A stretch of DNA of 14,192 nucleotides from Fonticula alba ATCC 38817. Taxonomy: Eukaryota; Protista; Nucleariida. A program made the position numbers and the translations under genes. Position 1 is the stretch's first letter. The number at the start of each line of letters is the position of its first letter. A model generated the notes under the pieces. It had not been told where the DNA came from. It did not search any database and saw only the letters and a list, made by a program, of their open reading frames with translations. The DNA lies in the NCBI GenBank assembly GCA_000388065.2, contig KB932203.1; one strand, written 5' to 3'. This document shows positions 6,644-14,192 of this stretch, one piece after another.

Positions 6644-9400
6644 TCACAGGCGGATGGCTCCAGACAGGATGCGGCCGAAGGACTCGACACAGTGGGGATG
6701 GTATTCGGCCTTTTCGTGATTCAGGATGTACATGGCCTCGCCGGGGGGGAGAGTCGCCGGATCGGCGCCCTGAGCCCGGAGGTCGGCCTTCCGGTGCTTG
6801 AATGTGCCGGTCTGCTCCACCTCCACGGCCACCCGGGCAAATTGTGGCCGGGCAAAGGAGGGAAGGGTCTGGCACACATGCTTGGCCACGTCGCGCAGGA
6901 CGCGCTGGTGGTCCTCCGGTGTTCCGGGAGGCACGACAATGACCACCGCGCCGCAGCGACCCTCATGTCCAGGGAGAGCCACACCATACACACAGGCGTC
7001 CAGGACCCCGGGCACGGCGGCCACAACGGCGGCCACCTCACCGGTGGACACATTCTCGCCCTTCCACCGGAAGGTGTCCCCCAAACGATCAATGAAGTAG
7101 ATGTACCCATCGGTGTCGCGCTTCATCAGGTCTCCGGTCCGGAACCAGCTGTCCCCGTGCTTCAGCACGTCGCGCAGAATTTTCTGGCTATTGGCCTTCT
7201 GGTCTTTGTAGTACCCGCCGAAGCTCTTGAGCGCATCATCGGGGTTGATGCGGCCGACACACTCGCCGATCTCGCCGTTGTCACACTGGAAGGATCCCCG
7301 AAGGTCGGTGAACGTGAGTGAGGGAAAGGAAAAAGAAAGTGGGATTGCCGCCGATCGCCGACATATATATCCTGAAGACAGAGGCACAGGCAGAGGCAGA
7401 GGCAGAGAGGGAGGGAGGGAGAGAGGGAGCGAGGCAGCGAGGCGAGGGGGAAGCCCACCGCAAAGGGAGGCATACCTCGATGCACAAGCCATCAGGACCA
7501 CGGAGCGGCACCTCGGTCTCTTGGCAGATGCGAATGAAGCGAATCGGATTGGCGTGGCGCATGAGAACACCGATGTGCCCAACACTGCCAGTGCCCCGGG
7601 CAGTGGGACCACCGGTGGTGTGAACGAACATGTTGGCATTGCCCTCGGTCGAGGCATAGAACTCGCCGATCTCCGGGATGCCGAAGCGCGCCTGGAATTG
7701 CGGCCACACATCCGGGCGCAAGCCATTGCCGAAGGCCAGGCGCACGCGGTGCTGACGATCCTCCGGTGCCGGGGCCGCGGCCAGCAGGTACCGGCACAGC
7801 TCGCCGATGTACTGGACCACGGTGCACTTGTATTGGACCAAGTCCCGAGAGAAGGCGGCCGCGCTGAAGCGGCTACGCTGGACAATGGTCGCCCCATCGC
7901 GCAGGACCATTCCCACGCCGATCATGCCGCCGGCACTGTGATACAGCGGCAGGACCATGTAGAGGATATCCGTTTCGCGGAAGCAGAAAGTCCGGCCAAA
8001 GGCCGAGGCCGCGGCGAGGAAGCGCGCGTGGCGGATGACCGCTGCCTTTGGCAGGCCGGTGGTCCCGCTAGTTGCAAATGCCGGCAGAAGGACAGAGGTC
8101 AGGATGGAGGGGGAGGCAGAGGAGCGGAGAGGGGAAGCCAGTGGCAAACGGCTGGCACGGCTCGAAATGCACCTGGTGTAGACGAGGCCCCAGTTGGAGC
8201 TGCCTTCAAGAGAAGCGCGCCGGCTGATGGGAGATGCCTCGTGTGACAGCGGGCCAAAGTGCTTATCCACATGCTTGGTCCCGGGGATGTCGCAATCGAT
8301 CGAGGCAAACTGCACCCCGCTGTCGGCCAAGCGGGAGCCCTTCAGGATGTCGGCCACGGCGGCACTGGTGTCCGAGCCGAAGATCACCCACTTCGCGGTG
8401 GAGATGCGAATGCTATGCTCGAGACCAGGGCCTAGTGCAGGTGTTTCCCAAGCAGCCGGCATCGGGGCAGTCCAATTGAGGGGAGGGATGTCAAGTCAGT
8501 GCCGATTGAAGGGGGCAAAGGGAAGGGGGGTGAGAGCTGGGTGGGTAAGGGGGGGAGAGCGAGAGCGAGAGAGGGAGAGGGAGAGCGAGAGCGAGAGCGA
8601 GAGCGAGAGCGAGAGCGAGAGCGAGAGGGAGAGCGAGAGCGAGAGCGAGAGCGAGAGAGGGAGAGGGAGAACGAGAGCGATCGCATACCGGTGATGTGGC
8701 TATTGAGGAAGGCGATCGTGACACCGGCCTTGGCAAAACCAAGCCACACAGGGATGTACTCAATGCGATTGGTCAAGAAGATGCCGGCCACCTCGCCGAC
8801 CGGAATGCCTGCGGCAATGACCCAGTGGGCCTTTAATATCGAGCCACCAGTTAGAGCAGACCTCCCTCAGTGGGCCGAAGAGACGGCGGAGAAGCAAAAG
8901 CAGACGAGGAGCAGGACAGGTAGCAATATGGACGCGTACAATCTTGTTGGAGTCTGTCCGGCAAGTGGGGATTGGCATCGGGTTAGCGGAGAACTGGAGC
9001 ATCAGCGGCCGCTGAGAGAAGCAGGAGGACCCTTGCAAGGGCGGCACGCACACTTTTCCACATCAAGGTAGGTCATAGACCGATTGGACCCGGGGGTGGC
9101 ATCAATGATGCATGTCTTGTTCGGGCACTTGCGCAGGGTCTTGTACCAGATGCCGTCGATGATGTTCCACTTGCCCTTGAAGGCAGCCTGGACCCTGGGG
9201 CCGGATGTCAGCATACAAAACCATGCAAGGGAAAAGGCGCGCCCGGTCGGGGGGAGAAGCAGGGCGTACTCGAACTTCATCGGGAAAAGGCGCTTGAACA
9301 GGACCAAGTCATTTGAGATTTGGTACTTTTGATCAAACCGGTCGGCTAGCACGAGAGCCGTGGCCGCCGTGGCGATCTTGGCCGTGGTAGAGATGTTCAT
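6644..9400 (-). CDS. Fatty acid transport protein / very-long-chain acyl-CoA synthetase (FATP/SLC27/Fat1 family), 7 exons, 640 aa
   Basis: Reconstructed exons (-): 9400-9270, 9194-9052, 8953-8940, 8830-8689, 8431-8173, 8067-7476, 7285-6644. They total 1923 nt with all phases compatible and all introns GT-AG. The spliced protein has [39 protein letters not shown], the AMP-binding motif [49 protein letters not shown], the FATP signature [10 protein letters not shown]...[30 protein letters not shown] and a C-terminal [11 protein letters not shown] context is gtcaccATGa. Confidence 0.95.
7381..7432 (+). repeat. Short (GAGGCA)n / GAGG repeat within FATP intron 6 (7475-7286)
   Basis: gaggcacaggcagaggcagaggcagagagggagggagggagagagggagc, read directly. 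Confidence 0.75.
8555..8679 (+). repeat. (GAGAGC)n / (GA)n hexamer microsatellite within FATP intron 4 (8688-8432)
   Basis: Tandem gagagc units with a few gaggga variants, read directly; (GCTCTC)n on the sense strand. Confidence 0.93.
8940..8953 (-). CDS. 14-nt microexon (exon 3) of the FATP gene
   Basis: cggacAG|ac tcc aac aag att|GTacgc. It completes (Y)SNKI between VEK (phase-1 donor gtgcgt at 9051) and AHW (phase-0 acceptor ending 8831), restoring the family motif YSNKIAHW. Confidence 0.85.
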
Positions 9401-10554
9401 GGTGACCAAGACCCAGAGTAGCTTCGGGCAGGGGACGGGGGGGGGGGGGAGGGGGAGAAGCGACCGGTCCGAGGGATCTGCCGGCGAGGAGGGGATTGAT
9501 TGAAGGGAAGATGGAAAGGGGAAGAGGAGGAGGGGGGGGGGCGCGGAGGGAGGGAAGGAGGGACGGGCGAAAGGTGCGCATCTTTCCGAAAGAGGTCCCC
9601 GGGCCGCTGGCCCAAAAAAACAAACAAACAGATTGCTCATCCCCGCCGGCGATTTCCTTGCCGCACCCTCGGGAGCCGCTGGTGCCCGAACCCGGGAGCG
9701 TGATCGGCCCGATCGATCCCGCTCACGCATCCTGGCCGTCAGGCCAGCGCCCACACACCCCGGCGGTCACTGTCGCTGTGCCCCCCTGGGTGAGATGGCA
9801 CGGGCCGATGTTCGTTAGCCCGACCGCAACGTGGGCTTAATTTCCCCTCCACTAACCAGCCCAGGCCCAATTTGTTAAAAGCACCAGGCAGAAGCGGCCC
9901 CCTTTCTGTGCCCCCGTGTCGGCTCCCTCTTCTTCTCGGTCTCAGGGAGGAACTGGTGTATTGGGCGAATGCGACATCCGCCGGGGCAGGGGGAGGGGGG
10001 GGTGGGGGCAGAGCAGAAAAATAGCCCGAAAAGCTGTCAACAGTGACACAGCTGTTCGTTGGCAGGTGCGAGCTGCAACAAGGACAGAGAAATGGGACGG
10101 GGAAGAGAACGGCCAGAGGGACACAGAACCATCATCCACGCACAATCACCGGGCATCGAGAGGGGGATGTATGATGTGTGCTCCCCCCGCGCGAGTGGTT
10201 TGTTCCCTGGCTTTTCCCCTTGGCTGACCCTAGCCTCCCTCTTTTGACTGGCGTGTGACGCCGAGGGACCGCAGGGCCAGTGGTGGGAATAGCACAGGGA
10301 GAGAAGACGGTGAAGTGGGCAGGGGATGGGGGGGGGCAGCAAGACTCGACAAGGGACTAAACTACAGAGAGGACCCCATGTATGATCGGGGAGGAAGGGG
10401 GGAGAGAGGAAGGACGAGGAAATGGAGAGGGGGTGTGGTAGGGCCATCGCTTCGCCGAATATGGACCTCCTAGACCGCCGCCAAGGAAAGGAGGAGGAGA
10501 AGGAGGAAGAGGGAGAGCAGCACATGTTGTGCGCGACTGACGCCGGCGTCGTCG

Positions 10555-10630
10555 CACACACACACACACACACACGCGCGCATATTTACATCAATGAATA
10601 CGCCCGCATACACACACACACACACACACA
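10555..10630 (+). repeat. Two (CA)n microsatellites in the presumed 3' UTR/flank of the Arf-GEF gene
   Basis: About (CA)10 at 10555-10574 and about (AC)11 at 10610-10630, separated by a ~35-nt spacer. Confidence 0.9.
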
Positions 10631-10656
10631 TATCCATGGCCACAACCATAGCCGCA

Positions 10657-13600
10657 TTACTTCGACAGAACCAGAGCCCCAGCGCCGGCGGCAACGTGCA
10701 GGCCATACTCGATGGCCGCATGGGTGATAACGCCATGAATGCCGCCGCCGGCGGACTCGGGACCCACACGCAGGTATGTGCGGAGGCGCCGGTGCTCGGC
10801 CTCGGCGTTTCGCATGAACGATGACACGGGACAATGGAAGGGTTAAGATACGCGGCGACACGGGGCGGGGGGGGGGGGGGGGAGAAAGATAGGGGACGCG
10901 CTGAGCACGCACATCACCGTCAGCCTCATCGGCAGCCAGACCGTCGGCGGTTGACATGCCGGCATCTCCACCGGGAGCCAGGACGGCCGACTCGCTTAGC
11001 AGCGATAGGCGGTACGTGACAACCGCCTGAGAATGCGTCGGCGCCAGGGCAATGATTCGACGGAAGATGGCCGAGAGGCGCATCTGAATGGTCGGCGCGG
11101 TGGCCAGGTGGCTCTGCAGCAGGACCGAAGACCGTGAGTACCGCTTGACAGAGGCCGCCAGCTTTTGATTCGGCTTCGAGCGGCTGAGACTTCCCATGGA
11201 CTTCTGTGACAGGTAGCCGGACAGAAGAGCATGCGAGAAGCTGTTCAACAGGAAGGCCGAGGCGCCAGCGCTTGACGGGCACACTGAGGCATAGGTCCCC
11301 GTTGAAACATGCCCCAGGAGACAGGCAAGGCTTGTCACATGAAGGGCCACACGGTTCAGTGCACGGACCCTGTGATCGAATCCATCGCCCGAGCCGGAAG
11401 AGGGGCCGAGATGGGGGGGGAAGGTCAGAACAGAAGGAAAGAGGGAGGAGGAAGTGGTTTGGCAAGGGGGAGCGGGGGAGCGGGGGAGCGGGGGGGGGGG
11501 GGAGGCATGCGCACCAGAGTTGGCAGGCCGCCTCATCACCGACATCCAGCAGGATCTCAACACCACGCGCGGCCCGCAGGCGAACCACATGCGCGCGCTT
11601 GGCGTGCGACCGGACCACCGAGGCCTCGGACCCGACCAGACAAATGGCCTCACCCAGGGAGAACGCCTGGATGATGGGCAGCGGGCTGAGGAGCGTGTTG
11701 ACCGAGCCAGCCGGCATGACCGGCGGCTCCAAGGGCACCCCGGCCTCCAGCAGGATTTGCCCAGTCAGCTGGGGCAGGGCCGACCCGGTCGAAGCCGCAC
11801 CGTCGGCCTCCGACAGGCTCAGATGAGAGGAGGAGATCGCCTGTGAGGTGAGGAAGGAGGAGCGCTGCTGAACGGTGTTGCCGGCCGGGCCGAGGTTGTT
11901 GGCTGATGTGCTGAGCCCGCGCGAAGTAGGGCCGCCCAATCCACCAGTGGCCGGGGGGATGGTGCCCCCAACGGCGGCAGGAGCTCCGCCAGCCGCCGCC
12001 CCGGTGGTGGCCGAGTCAGACAGGCGCCGGGCCAAGTTCGGCGATGCCGGCCCCGCAGAGGAAGCCCCAATTGAAGGGGCAGGGCTGCTCTTCCCCTCGC
12101 CAGCGGCCGGGGCCGAGCCACTTCCGACGCCGGCACCGGCACCGGCACTGCCGCCAGACAGAAGGGACTCATGGGAACGTGCCCGGTCCGCGGGATGCGG
12201 AGGCTTCGACACCGACGGCGCCGGATCCACATACGACGAGGTGATGAGCTGGTGCAAGCTGGTCGCCGACTCGGCCAGGCCGATGGTCATGATGGCCAGC
12301 TGCTCGGCCAGCTCGCGCTCACTATCCGGCTCCAGGGCCACAGGGACCGTGTACCGGATGTGATCCGGCCCAGCGGACGCCGGGGCCGGCAATTGGCCCA
12401 CGCTTGCAGCCACGAACTTCGGGTCGAGCAGGACCAAATACCCATCAACCAGGCGCGGAACCATGCGCGTCCAGGACCGGCCACCGCCAGCACCGCGCCG
12501 GCGCTTCTGGCCATCCTCATCCAGCTCATGCTTCACGTGTACCGGCTGGCTGAGGATGGGGTCATCGAAGTTCTGGTAGACACTGCTCGGGGCGGGGACA
12601 TTTTTGAGATAGGCGTCGGTGCTCGGTGGCAGGGCTGTCACGGCTGGGCAATTGCCGGGCTCGCTGAGCAGGACATGCGGCGAGGGGGGAATCGACATGG
12701 AAAGGGGCCGAGGCCGAACCGGCCGAGAGGACATGACAAGGGACTAAGTGGGGAGGGGAGAAAAGCGAGTCAGACATGAGGGCAAACGGCGAGGACCATC
12801 AGGCGCGAAAGGGGGTGGGGTAAGGGGGGGGGGGGAAAGCAAGAGAGAGAGAGAGAGAGAGAAAGAGAAAGAGAGAAAGCCAGAAAGGCAAACAAGGTGG
12901 AAGGGCCGAGTAACAGGGGGGGGGGCATGTACGGTTGGCTCCTCGTCGGTGGTCGGGCTGACCACCGGCGAGGGGGTCGAGTCGCATGTGGCGGTCAGAT
13001 CTACCGAGGTGGTCAGCACATCGGCCGGATCGGTGGCCGAGGAAGATGCCACCGAGGAGGAGGACGACGAGGAGGAGGTCAAATCCCGGATGGTTCGAAC
13101 AAGAGACCGGCGACGCCGGATGGTCCCACCCGAGGCGGTGGCCGCGGCCAGGGCAGCCGGGGTATCGGCGGATTGCAAATCCGCCAAGGCAGCCGGCAGA
13201 TCCGAGACAGGGGCATCCAAGGGAGATGGCGGCTCCCCGGCCGACGGAGTGGCCGGAGTGGTGACCGCGGTGGCGATGGTGGCATCCGAGCTGAAGGTTT
13301 GTGACCGGGTGCGCTGCCCACCGCCAAACAGCCTCCCGGTGAAGGAGCTGGGCCGGCTTTTGGTCAGTGCCGCCATCGACGGGGGCACCGTGCTCGGGCC
13401 GCCCGACTGGACCGGCGTGCCGGCGGTGGGAATGGCCGGATCCGCGGCCAGAGTGCCAACCGGCGGCGCCATGCCGGCCGTCAGGGGAAGTGTGCAGGAG
13501 GACGACCCGGACAGAGGCGGCGAGGAGGAGGGCGAGGAGTTGGCCATGGTGGAGATGGACACCATGGACGAGCTGCTGGAGGTGGGCATCGAGGGGGCCG

Positions 13601-13707
13601 CCGACGAGGCCGACGAGTGCCGAAGCACCGAAGGGTCATGCTGGGAGTGAGGCTGCTGAGCAGGCGCGTGCGCCGGGGGCGGGGGCTGGCTGCTGCCGGG
13701 GCCCGGA

Positions 13708-13738
<31 letters not shown>

Positions 13739-14169
13739 TGGCAGTAGCAGCAGCAGCAGGAGCAGCGGCGGCGGCCCCAGGCGCGGTGGCCGATCCCGGG
13801 AAGCGTAGGGGCGTCAGGCGGATGTTCTCGTAGATTTCGTTGAGGACACGACGACCGACACCGCCGCGAGCGCCGCCGCCCACATCGCGGCAATTCCGCC
13901 GGAATTCGGACCGGCGCATGCGCGGCATCGGGGGGCCCGAGCTGCCAGATGACTGCCCGCCAGAGCCAGCCCCCCCGGACCCGGCCGCCTGACTGCTGGC
14001 CTTGTGCAGGTCCGTGTGCAGGAGGACAATGGCGAAGGCCAGGATGTGTGCGGCGTCCGGATCGGCGAAGCACAGGGGCGACGTTTGCCAGTGGCGGTAG
14101 GCGAAAGCGGCCACCACACGATCGATTTGCTGCGACTCCGATGGCAGGACAAAGCTCGCCAAGAAGTGC
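10657..14169 (-). CDS. Sec7-domain + PH-domain Arf guanine nucleotide exchange factor (EFA6/PSD or fungal Syt1-like), 5'-partial
   Basis: Exons (-): 14169-12933, 12743-11515, 11369-10913 and, tentatively, 10800-10657. Sec7 motif 1 is HFLASFVLPSESQQIDRVVAAFAYR and motif 2 is AHILAFAIVLLHTDLH, followed by MRRSEFRRN...VLNEIYENIRLTPLRF. PH halves are VHVKHELDEDGQKRRRG..GRSWTRMVPRLVDGYLVLL and FSLGEA...HAKRAHVVRLRAARGVEILL..GDEAACQLW|VRALNRVA. The acceptor ctacag ends at 14170; the start of the gene is outside the window. The last exon is less certain. Confidence 0.88.
13800..14169 (-). other. C-terminal half of the Sec7 domain including the catalytic glutamate finger (Glu codon 14138-14136)
   Basis: FVLPSESQQIDR aligns by eye with the Sec7 consensus FRLPGEAQKIDR; AFAIVLLHTDLH aligns with AFAIIMLNTDLH. 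Confidence 0.88.
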
Positions 14170-14192
14170 CTGTAGATTAAGCAGGACGGAGG

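Noticed and set aside
8555-8679. Repeat arrays as CRISPR, telomeric or mobile-element repeats
   Set aside because: These are simple microsatellites without spacers, terminal inverted repeats, target-site duplications or transposase/RT ORFs.
6285-9400. Functional clustering or fusion of IVD and FATP as an acyl-CoA metabolic unit
   Set aside because: FATP ends with a canonical family C-terminus and stop at 6644, and the IVD piece is only 24 codons, so it cannot form an enzyme.
9841-9864. + strand branch-point/acceptor look-alike (tttcccctccactaaccagcccag)
   Set aside because: No plausible + strand donor or exon nearby; it lies in the FATP upstream region and is likely chance.
10528-10560. 12-bp palindrome GACGCCGGCGTC with imperfect flanking arms
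   Set aside because: Short, GC-rich and adjacent to CA repeats, so expected by chance; no RNA family features.
10594-10824. + strand ORF with ATG at 10636 and a perfect-looking cag|GTATGT donor at 10774
   Set aside because: The downstream DNA is purine-rich on +, unlike sense-strand introns here. No next + exon was found, and the - strand frame fits the Arf-GEF C-terminus better.
10586-11653. 355-aa - strand ORF as an independent gene
   Set aside because: It is a composite of intron 11514-11370, the true exon 11369-10913 and read-through into intron and TG repeats.

Overview
GC-rich, intron-containing eukaryotic genomic DNA. The protein families and the short GT-AG introns with CTRAC-type branch points and C/T-rich tracts point to a unicellular opisthokont; a Fonticula-like protist is my guess, not a demonstrated identification. 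Three protein-coding genes are present. (1) A 5'-truncated Sin3 co-repressor on +, apparently one ~6 kb exon (45-6023). (2) A complete 7-exon FATP/very-long-chain acyl-CoA synthetase on - (9400->6644, 640 aa by my splice reconstruction, including a 14-nt microexon). (3) The 3' part of a Sec7+PH Arf-GEF of the EFA6/PSD/Syt1 type on - (14169->~10657) with a split PH domain. The most unusual element lies between the converging Sin3 and FATP 3' ends: an isolated 73-nt exon of isovaleryl-CoA dehydrogenase (6357->6285, -) with intact splice sites but no flanking IVD exons, bracketed by a ~93-nt poly-G tract and a GA tract. It is either a real stranded exon or an assembly misjoin. Most other ORFs in the track are GC-rich shadow ORFs or intron read-throughs. 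No prokaryotic-type system, CRISPR array, RNA gene or mobile element was seen. All exon coordinates were derived by hand.
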